Part shown: in pieces, positions 1-13,418 of the stretch | Position numbering within the stretch: position 1 is the stretch's first letter | How the letters are laid out: every line of letters starts with the position of its first letter | DNA from: Hypanus sabinus | Lineage: Eukaryota | Assembly (NCBI RefSeq): GCF_030144855.1 | Contig: NC_082714.1 | Location: forward strand, 124,310,001 to 124,374,000 | Reading direction: 5' to 3' | Length of the DNA stretch: 64,000 bases | Program-made: the position numbers and the translations under genes | The notes under the pieces: generated by a model | Databases searched by the model: none | The model's input: the letters and a program-made list of their open reading frames with translations, nothing else | Told to the model about the DNA's origin: nothing

Positions 1-313
1 ACCCCAGGCCACCAGATGAAGCTTTGAGCCAATGCTTTCATTTTAACTGTGTCTAGATGACCTGCATGTAGTTCTTCCAGCACCTTAACTCTCAGCTTGG
101 ATGGTACAACAACTCTCAGTCCCCACACAAGGCAATCCCCATCAAGGGCAAGTTCATCATGGCACTGGTAAAGCGGGGGAAATGGGATTTCTGCTATTTT
201 GGGTGTCATGTAAACCTGAGACAGCTTGGGGTATTTTCTGGTTTCCTTTTAGATCATCTCTGCTGTAGTGGGTAGACTTTTGATTTGCATTAGGGAGAAT
301 ATGTTAAGAGGAG

Positions 314-2755
314 TTCAAAGTTCAAAGTAAAATTTATTATCAGAGTACATACATGTCAACACATACAACCCTGAGATTCTTTTTCCTGTGGGCAATCTTA
401 GCAAATCTACTGAACAGTAACTGTAAACAGGATCAATGAGCAACCAACTGGGCAAATGCAAATATAAATAAATAGCAATTAAATAACGAGAGCATGAAAT
501 AACAAGATAAAGAGCCTGTAAAACCTGTAAGACCATTGACGTGGGACCACCAGAAATAGAATGAATGTAGTTACCCCGTTTTGTTCAAGAGCCTGATGGC
601 TGAGGGTTAGTAACTGTTCTTGAATCTGGTGGTTTGAGTCCTGAGGCACTTGTACCTCCTAACTGATGTCAGTAATGAGAAAAGAGAAAGGCCTGGGTGG
701 TGAGTATCTTTGATGATGGAGACTGTTTTTCTATGGCAACGTTTCATGTAGACGTGCTCAATGGTTGGGAGGGTATTGCCTGTGTTGTACTGGGCTGAAT
801 CCACTACCTTTGTAGGATTTTCTGCTGAGTAGATTTGGTATTCCCATAGCAGGCTGTTATGCAGCCAATCAGCACGCTTGCCACCGCACATCTATAGAAG
901 TTTGCCAAGGTTTTTGATGACAAGCCGAATCTCCGCAGAACCCCGAGGAAGCAGAGGTGCTGTTGTGCTTTCTTTGCAATTGTATTTATACGATGGGTCC
1001 AGGACAGATCCTCTGAGGTAATGACACCTAGGAACTTAAAGTTACTGACCGTCTCCATCTCTGATCCTCCGATAACTTGCAGCTCATGGACCTGTCCATT
1101 CTCCCTCTCCTGAATTCTACAATCAGTTCCTTGGTTTTATTGACATTGAGTGAGAGGTTGTCGTTATTGCACCACTCAGCCAAGTTTTTGATCTCCCTCC
1201 TGTATGCTGATTCATCATCACCTTTGATACAGCCCACAACAGTGGTGTCATCAGCAAACTTGAATATGGTGTTGGAACTGTACTTAGCCACACAGTCGTA
1301 GGTGTAAAGCAAGTAGACCAGGGGGCTAAGCACACATCCCTGTGGTGCTCCTGTGCTGATGGAGATTGTGGAGGAGATGTTTTTACCAATCTGAAGTGAC
1401 TGATGTCTACAGGAGAAAAAATCCAGGATCCAATTGTGCAAGGCCTTAAGGCACAGGCCTTGGAGTTTATTGATTAGTTTTGAGCGGATGATGGTATTAA
1501 ATACTGAGCTTTAATCGATTATTATTATGTAATGCATTATTAGGGTGCTCTTTATCAGCTTGGTATTTGCTGTCCAGATATTCCAGGATTGTGTGAAGAA
1601 CCAATGAAATGGATCCATTGTAATCCTGTTGCTTCATTAGGAAAACTGGAGTAGATCCAAGTCATCAGTCAGACAGGAACTGCTATGCTTGAACAGCAGT
1701 ATCTTAAAAAACATCATCACTGTGGCTGTAAATGCCACTGGGAGTTATTTATTGAGGCAGGTTACCACAGTCTTTTTAGACACTGGTATGACTGAAGCCT
1801 GCTTGGAGCAGATGAGTACCACCCACTGCCAGTGTGAGAGGCTGAAGATATCCGTGAACACATCAGCCAGTTGGTCAGCCCAGATCTTCAGTATTCAGCC
1901 AGGTATTCTGTCCATACTGGATGCTTTCCTTGGATACACTCTCTTGAAGGCAGGCAGCCCACACGACTTCAGATACTGAGTCCAAAGGATTATCAGGAGC
2001 ATAATGAAGGAGACATGGGGGTGCATAATGGTTTCTCCCTGTTCTGGTGGTCAAAGTGAGCAGAGGAAGCATTGAGCTCATTTGGAAGTGAAGCTCTGCT
2101 GTCTTCCATGTTGTAAGATTTAGCTTTGTTGGTATTCAAATCAACTCACAGCTGTCAAGCATCCTCTTTGATTCCTGTTGAGTCCAGAATCTCTACTTTG
2201 CCCTTGAGATGGCTTTCCAGAGATCATACCTACTCATCTTCATCTCCAGACTTGAATGCCTCTGATCTGGCTCTCAGCAAATTCAGGATTTCATTGTTCA
2301 TTCAGGGCTTCTGATTGGAGAAAACCATGAATAATTTCGTGGGGACACCCTCATCCACAACTGTTTTTAATAAAGTCTGTAACAAACCTGGTGTAGTTAT
2401 TCAGATCGTCAAATGAGTTCTTGAACATGACCCAGCCCATTAATTCTAAGCAATGTTGTAACTGTTCCCATGACCACCTCTATTACCATATGCAGGTAGT
2501 AGAAGTACAGTGATAGACATTCCTTATCATAGTGTAGCAGTGGTCTAGTGTCTTGGGTCCTCTGGTGCAACAGGTTACATCCTGGTGGTAATTAGGCAGG
2601 GTTTTCTTTAGACAGGCCTGGTTAAAGTTGGGGACTATAATTTGAAATGCATCAGGATGGGCTGTTTCTTGCCTGCAGGTGACATTGTGCAGTGTAGCAA
2701 GTGCTTGCTTATAATTGTCCACTCGTGGTATATAAACTGGTGATACATAAAAACT
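314..2755 (-). mobile_element. Rex1/Babar LINE, 5'-truncated, inserted in Gypsy
   Basis: RT motifs [22 protein letters not shown] and [13 protein letters not shown] (ORF 1028-1441). Endonuclease remnant NFNQACLKKTLPNYHQDVTCCTRGPKTLDHCY (2483-2722). 3' tail (TTTGAAC)n at 313-330. Gypsy sequence resumes on both sides. Confidence 0.92.
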
Positions 2756-3689
2756 AGTGTTGTCTTACGTAAAATTTTCAGATATATTCTTTTCCAAAGA
2801 TAAACAGGACAATCCGTCAGCGTTTCCATAATTAGTTGTCCTCTTGAATTTGATCTTGCAATTGTGCCCTCCGAGAACTAGAGGCCACTTCTGCTTTCAT
2901 GCTGCTGCTGTTAGTAGTACACCCTTCAGTGGATTGAAAATGGACTCTAGTGGTTATGAGGGTAAACTCCCACCCATACAAGTATAGGTTGAAACATTTT
3001 ACACCACAAACTAGACTCAAGGCCTCTCTCTCAATTGTACGTAATATTTTTCTGCAGCGGTAAGAGAATGTGATGCAAAGGCTATGGGCCTTCACTTCCA
3101 CCACTCATAACTTGTGACATGAATGCACCTGTACCATGAGGTGACATGTCACAGGCAAGCTTCACTGGACGATGTGGATCATAACGTGTGAGTACGATGT
3201 CTCACGTCTCCATTTCATTTGTCTTTTGGAAAGCCACCTCACACTGCTTTGTCCATTGCCATTTCTTCCCAATCTGCAGTAATGATTTCAAGAGGTGCAG
3301 CACAGTAGCCAGGTATGGCAGGAACCCGTTATGGTAATTGATGTATCCTAAAACGTACTGCACAGTGACAAATCCTTTGACCTTGGGGCCAAAACTTGAA
3401 TTACTCAGTGTACTTGTGTCAACTTGTGCATCAATGATATGACCTCAATAAGTGATGCTTGGTTTAAAGAATTCACACTTGTTCTTTGTGCTCTGAGCCT
3501 ATAATCTTCTAATCTTTTTAACACTGTTTTGAGATTTTGGAGATGTTCCTGTCATCCTTACTGGTAACAATGTTGACATCCAGCAACATTAAGTGCCTGG
3601 ACAGCCTTGTAGTACCTGGTCCATAAATTTCTGCCAGAATGCAGGTGTAGATTCTACTCCAACAATAATTCTATCATATCATATCATTT

Positions 3690-3757
3690 CGGCACGGACT
3701 GGAAGTGCAGAGATGGCTTGTTTCCGTGCTGTAATTGTTATATGGTTATGGTTATAT
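3690..3757 (+). mobile_element. Very short CR1/HE1-type 3' tail inserted in the Gypsy RT
   Basis: GGCACGGACTGGAAGTGCAGAGATGGCTTGTTTCCGTGCTGTAATTGTTATATGGTTATGG resembles the CR1 3' hairpin plus microsatellite tail and interrupts Gypsy RT. Confidence 0.6.
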
Positions 3758-4183
3758 ATCAATAAAGTTCTTTGTGAGCGCTTATGGTGAGAAACACTTT
3801 GGACTCTTCTTCCATCTCTTATTTCCCTTCAGAAAGGTTTGCAAAGATATCGTCTATCCTATTGATCTACTGTCAGTACTGTCAGTATTGATCTACTGTC
3901 AGTACTGGGCCTATGGTAACCTTAAAAGCATCACAGATTCTGATGGACTTATCCTTCTTGGCTACTGAGACCACTGACATTGCCCATGGGCTCCACTCGG
4001 TCTTGGAAATAATTCCTTCAGCATCCTGGCAATCTAGCTCACTGGCTACTTTATCATGGATGGTATAAGCAACCAGATGGTCTTCGCAAAACTTGTGTAC
4101 GGCATATTCATTAAACAGTCTTTTACCCTTCATAGGTTTGTGTTTATCAATGCCAACCTTAAGCACTGCTGTGGCATCCTCCA

Positions 4184-4320
4184 TAAACAAGAGAAAACCT
4201 GCAGATGCTGGAAATCTGAGCGACACACACAAAATGCTGGAAGGACTCAGCAGGCCAGGCAGCATCTAGAAAAAGAGTACAGTTGACGTTTTGGGCCGAA
4301 ACCCTTTGGCAGGCCCTGAA
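4184..4320 (-). mobile_element. Penelope-like element terminal (pseudo-LTR) fragment with decayed hammerhead motif
   Basis: Reverse complement of the terminal sequence at 53760-53860 (GATGCTGCCTG..GAGTTCCTCCAGC..TGTGTGTGTTGC). It sits at the junction where Gypsy gag/protease is missing. Confidence 0.75.
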
Positions 4321-4403
4321 GTATGTAAACAACAAAGAATGCTTAACCAAACTATATATTTACAATATTATTTAAATATTACTGAAATATTAAATACACA
4401 ACA
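4321..4403 (-). repeat. Partial Gypsy LTR
   Basis: AAACAACAAAGAATGCTTAA...AATATTACTGAAATATT...ACACAACA matches the right ends of the LTRs at 36185-36419 and 45621-45837. Confidence 0.8.
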
Positions 4404-4494
4404 AAGTTGATTGTGGATATTTCTATGTAACATTGGGGTTGTAAGTTTTTCAGGGGAAAAGATTTGACCTGATAGCATGCTGAGATATAATGTA

Positions 4495-6101
4495 CGGTGC
4501 CCATAAAAAATGTTCACCACACCTGCCCCACCCTTGGAGGTTTTCATATTTTATTGTTTTACAACATTGAATCATCCTTGGCTTTTTTGAGACTGATCAA
4601 CAAAAAAAGACTCATGTCAAAGTGAAAACAGATCTCTACAAAGAAATCAATATTAATTACAAATATAAAACACAAAATAATTGATTGCATAACTTATTCA
4701 CCCTCTTTAATATGATACACTAAATCATTAATGGAGCAGCCAGTTGGTTTTAGAAGTCACGTAATTAATTAAATGGAGATCACCGAGTGAAGTCAAAGTG
4801 TTTCAGTTGACTGTAGTAAAAATACACCTGAATCTGGAAGGTCCAACTGCTGGTGAGTCAGTATCCTGGCAAAACTAAACAATGAAGATAAAAGAGCACT
4901 CCAAACAACTCCACAAAAAGGTTATTGAAAAGCACAAATCAGGAGATTGATACAAGAACATTTCCAAGCCACTGAATATCCCTTGGAGTACAGTTAAGTC
5001 AATCATCAAGAAATGGAAGGAATATGGCACAGCTGTAAATCTGTCTAGAGCAAGACCTCCTCAAAAACTGAGTGACCATGGGAGAAGGGGATGAGTGAGG
5101 GAGACTACCAAGGAACCTGTGCCAAGTCTGGAGGAGTTAGTAACTGAGTGACTGAGATGGGAAAGACTGCCCATGCAACCATTGCCCAGGTGCTTCACCA
5201 ATCACAGCCTTATGGGGGATTGGCAAAGAGAAAGCCACTGTTGAAAAAACTCATGGAATCTCGGCTAGAATTCGTCAGAAGGCATATGGGAGATTCTGAA
5301 GTCAGCTGGAAGAAGGTTCTATGGTCTGATGAAACCAAAATAGAGCGTTTTGGCTTCAGGCTAAATGCTATGTTTGGCATAAGCCAAACCCCGAACATCA
5401 TCAAAAATACACCATCCCAATCTTGAAGCATGGTGGTGGCTGCATCATGCTGTGGGGATGCTTCACTGCAGCAGGACCTGGAAGGTTTGTGATGGTAGAG
5501 GGTAAATGAATGCAGCAAAAATAACAGGAAAACCTGATGCAGTCTGCAAGAGAACTAAGATTTGGGAGAAGATTCATTTTCCAGCAAGACAATGACCCCA
5601 AGCATTAAGCCAAAGCTACACAGAAATGGTTTTAAAACAACAAAGTTAATGTCCTGGTGTAGCCAAGTCAGGGTCCAGACTTCAGTCCAATTGAGAATTT
5701 ATGGCTGGACTTGAAAAGGGCTGTTCACTCATGATCCCCATGCAATCTGACAGAGCATTTTTGTAAAGAATGGGGAACAATTGCAGTGTCCAGAAATGCA
5801 AAGCTGATAGAGACCTAGCCACACAGACTCAAGGCTGTAATTGCTATCAAAGATGCATCTACTAAATACTGACCAGAAGGGGATGAATACTTATGCAAAC
5901 AATTATTTTGTGTTTTATATTTGTAATTAGTTTATATCACATTGTAGAGATCTGTTTTCACTTTGACAGGAAAGACTCTTTTTCTTTGATCAGTGTCAAA
6001 AAAGTCAAATTAAATCCACTGTGGTTCAATGTTGTAAAACAATAAAGCATGAAAACTTCTGGGGGGTGGGGGGGGTTGGTAAATACGTTTTATAGGCACT
6101 G
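4495..6101 (+). mobile_element. Full-length Tc1 (IR/DR, DD34E; Passport-like) DNA transposon, inactive
   Basis: Inverted repeats of ~210-225 bp (about 4495-4707 and 5876-6101) begin C(G/A)GTGCC(C/T)ATAAAA and contain an inner direct repeat. TA flank at 4493-4494; the right flank reads GA. Total length ~1.6 kb. Confidence 0.95.
4882..5872 (+). pseudogene. Tc1 transposase pseudogene
   Basis: Starts MKIKEHSKQLHKKVIEKHKSG. Contains [28 protein letters not shown] and PDFSPIENLW, with 34 codons between the second D and E. Ends STKY*. Several in-frame stops and frameshifts. Confidence 0.93.
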
Positions 6102-6430
6102 GAAGTCTACAGATAGATGACTTATAAATTCTCTTCTGCAAGTCTCCTTATTGATGAGTTCTTCGTTTGAAGAAACAGAATCCTTCCAGAACAGACGAGG
6201 CAATTCAGTCCACTGAGATTGTGCTTTTCTTTGTGAACAGAAAACCAGGCAGGTAGATCATCAGGGCAGTCCTAAATTATGTTGGATGTGGGAAGAATGA
6301 AATAGGCTAGAGCAAGTCCAGTGTAAAACTTCAGTGCTTATTGGTTACCATGGACTCAATAATCCAAAGAGCCAGTATCTCTCTATTAGTCTATCTGTGT
6401 TGATGATGGTAAAATCCTGCAAATGGATTA

Positions 6431-7780
6431 AGATCAAAGTTCAAATTAAGTTTATTACCAAAGTACATATGTCATTATATACTGCCCAGAGATCATTTTC
6501 TTACAGCCATTCACAGTAAATACAAAGAAACACAACAGAATCAATGAAAACCCACACACAAGGCGATCAACCAATGTGCAAAAGGCAACGAATTGTGCAA
6601 ATACAAAAAAACACACAATAATAATTATAAATAAATTGGAAATAAATATCAAGACCATGAGATAAAGAGTCCTTGGAAGGTAATCCTTCAGTTATGGGAA
6701 CAGTTTAATGTTGGTTTGATTGAAGTTATCCCTGACGGTTGAAGTGTAATAACTATTCCTGAAGCTGTTTGGTGTGGGTCTATAGGTTCTTGTATCTCCT
6801 TCTTGATGGCCACAAGGAGAAGAGAGCATGGCTGGATGGTGGGGCTCCTCGATGATGAATGCTGCTTTTCTGTAACAACACTCCTTGTAGGTTTACTCAT
6901 TGGTGGGTAGGGCTTTACCCATGGTAGGGCTTTACTCTGCTGTATGTACTACTTTTTGTAGGCTTTTCCATTCAAGGGTATTGGTGTTTCCATACTAGAC
7001 CATAAAGCAACCGGTCAGGATATTCTCCAATGCACATCTATAGAAGTTTGTCAAAGTTTAATATATCTTGTTGAATCATCACAAACTTCTAAGAAAGTGG
7101 AGGTGCTGCCATGTTTTCTTTGTAATGGCACTTGTGTCCCAAGACAGATCCTCTGAAATGGCACCACTGAAGAATTTAAAGTCCCTCTCCACTTCTAACT
7201 CCCTGATGAGGACAAGTTCATGGACCTCCTATTTCCTCTTCCTGTAGTCAATAATCAGCTCTTTGGTTTTGCTGACATTAAGTGAGAAGTTGTTGTAGCA
7301 CCACTCAGCCAGATCTTTCAGACTCCCTCCTATATGCTGATTCATCACCACCTTTGATTTGGCTGATGACAGTGGTGCCATCAGCAAGCTTAAATATGGC
7401 ATTGGAGCTGTGCTTAGTCTCATAGTTCTGAATATAAAATGAATAGAGCAGGGGGCTAAGCACACAACCTTATGGTACACCTGTGCTGATAGAGATTGCG
7501 GAGGAGATGTTTTTGCCAATCTGAACTGACCGGGGTCTGCAAGTGAGGAAATTGAGGGTCCCGTTGCACACGGAGGAACCGAGGCCTAGGTCATGGAGCT
7601 GATTGATTAGATTTGAGGGGACGATAGTATTGAATACAAAGCTGTAGTCAATGAAGATCATCCTGGCATATGCATTTCACTGTCCTGATGTTTGTGAGAG
7701 AAAAGCCAATGAAATGGCATCTCCTGTCGACCTATTGTGATGGTAGGCAATTTGGAGTGGACCCAAGTTGCTCCTCACAT
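6431..7780 (-). mobile_element. Rex1/Babar LINE 3' fragment
   Basis: IFIDYSFVFNTIVPSNLINQLHDLG and LAEWCYNNFSLNVSKTKELIIDYR. 3' UTR ends in TTTGAACTTTGA. Confidence 0.9.
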
Positions 7781-8459
7781 TATCCAGTGCACATTTATTA
7801 CCGAATGGATATCTTTCAGATGTTTCTACAGTAGACTTTTAATTCTCTCCACCAATTAATCCATTCTTCTGAGGTCTGATTTTCCAATGCATTGTTGCTT
7901 CCAAGCATGGAGACCCAGGTACAGCATATATATCACATCCTAGGCTTGGCACTACATCCTCTCTGGTTTCTGCTGAATATAAAGACTCAGAAGTGCCTTT
8001 GCAACACTTGGACTGGATGTACTGCGAGACTGATCCTGGCTCTCTCATTAACGGGCTGTAATCATTCCTGTAAACCCAGGGGATGCCAGCAGTGTTAATA
8101 AGGAATTCATTAAATTAGTGGAAACATTCTGGCATCATGTGAAATCAGAACCCACTTTTCCCGTGGATTCCCTATAGCAGTCCTGCACAGCTTTATCCAG
8201 GTTTCATTACTTGGTTTATTCTGAGAATTTGATGTTAACTTGGATAATGAGAGATGTATGTCAGCCTCTGGAAATGTCAGCATATGTAGAGTGTATATGA
8301 GGTATTTTCCCACTTAATTATTGGGACATCTACTGCAGTCCTGGAAATAGTGTCACTGTGGAGCATGGAGAATTGCTTGCTGTTTCTAATCAAAGCTCTG
8401 TTGAAGATCTTCCAGCCTATAGAGTTCCCCAAAATCTGATCTTTTCTTTCATTGTCCAG

Positions 8460-8700
8460 AGAAATGCAGAGTTGGAAATTAAAAATAAAATGCAGATTCA
8501 GGAAATCAGAACAATAGGAAAACTCAGCAGGTTTAGCAGCATCTGTGGAAAGACGAATGGCCAAGGTTTCAGGTCTGTGACCATTCATCAGCAAACTGCT
8601 GTAAGGAAGGGACACATAGCTGAAGCATCGACTGCTTCTATTTCCACTGATGCTGCCTGACTTGCTGACATATTCCCAGCTTTTTCTATTCTTTATATTT
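8460..8700. mobile_element. Palindromic Penelope-terminus-derived element (two inverted terminal fragments)
   Basis: AACTCAGCAGGTTTAGCAGCATCTGTGGAAA (8521-8551) is inverted relative to TTTCCACTGATGCTGCCTGACTTGCTGA (8641-8669). A CTGATGA...GAAA motif lies on the minus strand at 8559-8594. Confidence 0.65.
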
Positions 8701-11700
8701 GCTGGGATATTAACAGCTTTTATTCACCCAGGACTAAAGGTTAACTGATGTGGGATCAGAAATATTTTCATTTGCTGCCACAAACATTCAGGAAGCTGTC
8801 TTTGTCTTTCATTTTTTTTTGCATTAATTCCCTTAGATCTTAAAATAAGTACTAAATTTTAGAAACAGCAAGAAGTTCTTTCCATTAGTCAGTGTTACTG
8901 AGTGTAGGGGGTTGAGAACTAAGTTCAATTCAGCTGAGGAATACATGTGAAAAAAGATCATTCATCAATGTTAGTGGAACTTCAAGACTGAATCGTGGCA
9001 ATGGACATACTGCCAGTTATTTGTTATTTTATATATCTATCTGGTAACATTTTATAAAGTAAAGTTAGATGCTTACAGAACTGAACGCAGTTGCATATTC
9101 GTGCTCTATAGTAGAATAGAAAATGCAGGTAATTTCAGAAGCCCTGAATGTTCCATCTCAGCTGTATGTCAGATTGGGAGAGAGAGGAGGAGAGTATTTA
9201 GAGGGGGGTCATGCCAGGGAAACGCTGATCAAAGAACTGTCACTTCTCACAGAGAGGGAGGGCTGGACCCTGAGTCTCCTGGGTTGCTGTCTCACACTTC
9301 AAGCAGCCAGATCAATAAAGGGGGAGGATTGGTGTGTGAATGTGCTACTGCTTGCCTGAATAATTGGTTAAGCAAAACGATCTTTTAAAAAAGAAAAAAA
9401 ATCAATTGTCTTAAAAAGAAGTAGACATTGACAGTAGCAATGTCATTATTGCCAATTAAGATTTGTCTGGAATTCAATTGTAAAAGTAGTTTCAGGAGAT
9501 TTTATGGATGAAAAGAATCCCAATGTTATTAATACATAATATATATATACCATGAAAGCCATTAGATATAATCAAAATACAAAGAATAGGTTTGTCTGTT
9601 TTATATAGAATTCTATTCAAATATTGTGGAAAAAATCTGAATTTTCTTTGCACTTAAAAAGATGAAGGAGGAGGAAACACAATTTAGTAATGATGTAAGA
9701 AATTAAGATTGATAGCAGTTAGATTATTTCTAAAACTATTTTCCTCAACATATAGCATGTACATTTGTATAATATTTGGAGATCATTCATATTTATATTT
9801 AAGCAGAAGATCCCAAAAGCATTAAAATCTGCAAGGCTAAGTCCCAAATATTTTATAACCTCCTTGCCATGATTGTGATTCTGAAGAAAGTGCAGATTAG
9901 GTGGCAGGTTTTAATCTGGGGCACCTCCAGGCCTGGTCACTGTTCGGTGACTAGAATGTGCCCAAACAAGAAAGCTGAGGATTGATGGACATTCATCATG
10001 TCCTTGTGTACTATGAGTTGCAACTGCTGGTCATTTCTTGGCAGTCAGCTTGTCCGAGTGAAGAATTCAATGTCAGGTATTCTGTCTCATTGGCAATGGA
10101 TTTGGGTAGTCCCACTAGAGGGCAACTGGGGATGGAGGACTTTATCACAACTCCAGTTGAAACAGTGGAGTGCGTAGTCTCTTGGGTCATTAGAAAAGAG
10201 TCTCTAAACACAAGTCCAATGACGTTGCCATTCACCACTCTCTGTTATTGAAGAATTTGTTCATTTATATATTTTACCCAAGAAAGAGAAGAAAACATTT
10301 CAAAATATATCTACTACTTTGTTATAAATACATTGTGCAGGAAAGACAACTGGTGCAGTAGAGATTAGACCTGAACTGCAATTCGTAAATGCAAACTAAT
10401 AATGGGATGTTCATATGTTTCTATGTGTTCTCTGTCAGTGGGTTTAAACACTAAAGGAACAACTTTGTAGCTTAGGGAAACTCATCAATAACTAGGACCA
10501 AAGCTATAGCTATTCTGTAATGTAACTGGTCTTCTGTGAGCTATGAGAAACTATTTGGTACTCACAGGGTTAACTGAGCCTTTTGTCTCAGAAAATTGAA
10601 TTTGAAATTTCACAAGGAGTGAAAACACAACATACAACTGAAAGGTTTTGCTAGAAGAATTAGAAAATTGAAAAAAGAACTAATCCTCGTCTCAAACCAT
10701 GAAGTTATTCACTAACTCCTTTACATGGCTGGACTATTTCTCTGTTTCAATGTCTCATGCTGTTATGCATAACACTAATCATGTGAAATGTACTCAAGTA
10801 TGTGAACAACCAGAGTGCTGTGTGATTTACAGACGTTTCAGTTTAAGCCAGGCAATAAAAGTGACATTTATTCTATGAGAATTTCACAGTGCTTACCAGC
10901 ATCTCTGGAAGCTCTGAGACTGAATATCTGTGCTCCTTCCTGTATCCTGAGCCAAGAGCACCACTGTGGCGATCTACCCCACGGATTGATGAGCCCTGGG
11001 ATGCCAGTTCACTGCGCTTTGCAGCCACTCTGGAGCCAGCACACATCTGGAGTGCAGTAAACGTACCCAGAAGCAAAAAGCAGCTCTGTAAGGGTCATCA
11101 GTACAGAGAGCGGCCGCTGACAAGAGGCGCCATCCCAAACCCACATGCATTTCCTTATGTAAACACATGTGGCCAAAAGGCATCCATGGTCACCCTTTCC
11201 TAACTGGGTTATATGAAACGGTTAGAACAGCTCGAAACAATGTCACCATTATTGTTCAAACATTCCTGCAACCAAAAAAACCTCTTTTTCACACAACACA
11301 AAAACTGTTCTTTAAAGGGAACAATTGCACTCATTGTAGATGCAGGATAATTAAAACAAAAGGTGCAGAGCATCACAGCAGTAACTTTTAATGCTATTAT
11401 GGGGCAATTTTAAAAGAAAATATTGAATTAGTTTATTTCTTTTTCTCTGTCATTTATCTCTTTTCTTTCTCTCTGCTTCGGCTTTTCACCACAGCTATAA
11501 TTATATGTTTGTGATAACTGTCCAGGAAATAATTTTTTTCACACAAACCATCAACTAAATTGGCTGTCTCCAGAGTGCAGCTGGCAAACCCTTGAAGGAA
11601 GTGCTTGTAGTACTGTGCACAGTTCAACACACCACCATACTGTTTTAGACTCCTTATAAGGACTTGTGTATGTCTTTATATGCTTTTTATTGGTCGCAGG

Positions 11701-13189
11701 AGGAAAGGTTGTCTGATCAACATAAATCAACAAAACGTAAAATGAACTTTTAAATGCAAAATTTTAACAATGTAAGCAATTTATTAGAATTACAAAACAG
11801 TGGGGGATAAATTCTCGCCTAAACTGCCTGTTTTTGTTCAGCTCTGAGTCAATGGATATCTTAGAATGGAATCTTTTATGATTGCACATAAAGTAGTATT
11901 TGACTTACACTTTTAGTTTACATTTCATTAGTGCTGAATTACTGTGCAATACTTGAACTCAGGGACTCTAGACAATTAATGAGCTTCTTAAATAATAGGT
12001 TTTAACCCCTTTGTTCCCAGTGCTGTATGTATTCATCCACACCTGAAAAATATTACAATATGTAATGTAACTTCTTCATTGCTATGATGAAATCTTTGTT
12101 TAATCTAGTGAAGTTTCTCACAGCACAAACTTGCATTAATATTTATCCTCTTCATTTCAAACAGTGGAGTAAAGTTTTATGAAATTTCATAAAAATGAAA
12201 GCTATTCGGAAGGGTTTAGATCAGAAAGGTTTTATCCCAAGGATCAGCTCTCTAGATGTGCAAACTCGTGATATGATTTATTTTATTCCTATCATTTGCA
12301 CAATTTGCACAGATGAGCATGTATCAGTCCAATGTGCCACACAAAGCATTTCTTACAGAAATATAAGGCAGCCATGTTACATGATCATAGCAGAATAATT
12401 TCTAGCCTTCGTTACACACAATTATTATAACACAAATAGCAGTTCCACCTTTGAAATAGTCACTGAATGTACCGTTGTAATGGCAACAAAACTGTCAACA
12501 CTCATGGTCAGGGCTGTGTAAAAGTGACAGCAACATCCCGAGTACAATGCAGAAATCCGGATCTTGCTGTCAGTACACTGCCCTCCACAGGTTGTGCTAT
12601 TGCCGTCTGTACTGATGCAATAAACAGGCAATCAGTGGTATGACATGAAGCTCAACGTTAAAATGCTGTTGAAAGTGTTCCATCTTGTTGGACTGAGTTT
12701 TTAGCATCGTATTCATAATTGCTGTTTAGTTGCTGTTCTGCTCTTGATAAGCTATTTTATTAAGTGTCATATCTTCTCTTAAATCACCAAAATCCCAGTT
12801 ATAGTATATGAAACAAATTACTTTTCATTCATTTAAAATATTACTGTTTTTATTCTTCAGACTTTGCTGTCTGCAGTGTGATTAAAAAGTGAATTAGAAT
12901 CAGTGCTTTGAAAACTTTGCATCTGAGAGAATTCTTGTTTCTGATTGGCTACTTACCCTCCTTGATGATGTCATGGATCCTAGAGACAGCAGAACTTCTC
13001 AAAATAGCACCAGGTTGCAAGCCAGATTGGATATCAAAGCATCTTTGAGTTCGAAGGATGAGTTTGAGCTATTGTTATCACTTAGCAAATTCTGAACCAA
13101 AATCTCAAGTTGTTGCAGTTATATGAGAAGAAGCATGTTATGTTTAAGTCAATAAAAAGCAAACAAAAATGCAATGCAAGAAATTTGAA

Positions 13190-13335
13190 ATAAAAGCAAT
13201 AAATTGCAGAAATACTTATCAGGCAACATTTGTGAAAAGTCAAGCAGTGAATGGGTGAAGACAATAGCACTTCCTTACCTCTGCTTTCCCTTCTTCAGAT
13301 GCTGCTTGATAAGGTTTTCAAACATTTTCCATTAT
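13190..13335. mobile_element. Old palindromic Penelope-terminus remnant
   Basis: Degenerate inverted arms (AAATACTTATCAGGCAACATTTGTG / TTCAGATGCTGCTTGATAAGGTTTT) resemble 8460-8700 and 60633-60810. Confidence 0.45.
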
Positions 13336-13418
13336 TATTAAGGCCATCTAGATATGGCACAGTCAAGAATTGACAAAATATTTGAATAAACTCTTCTCAG
13401 GTACCAATTTTTCAAGTT

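Larger units (their letters stand above)
1..4403 (-). mobile_element. Gypsy/Ty3 (Mag-clade, K02A2.6-like) LTR retrotransposon relic, interrupted and running off the window start
   Basis: The minus strand of 1-140 translates to DGDCLVWGLRVVVPSKLRVKVLEELHAGHLDTVKMKALAQSFIWWPG (integrase His-containing Zn region). 2756-4183 gives RNase H and RT remnants (IEREALSLVCGVKCFNLYLYG; SPWAMSVVSVAKKDKSIRICDAFKVTI). An LTR remnant at 4321-4403 matches the LTRs at 36185 and 45621. Confidence 0.9.
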
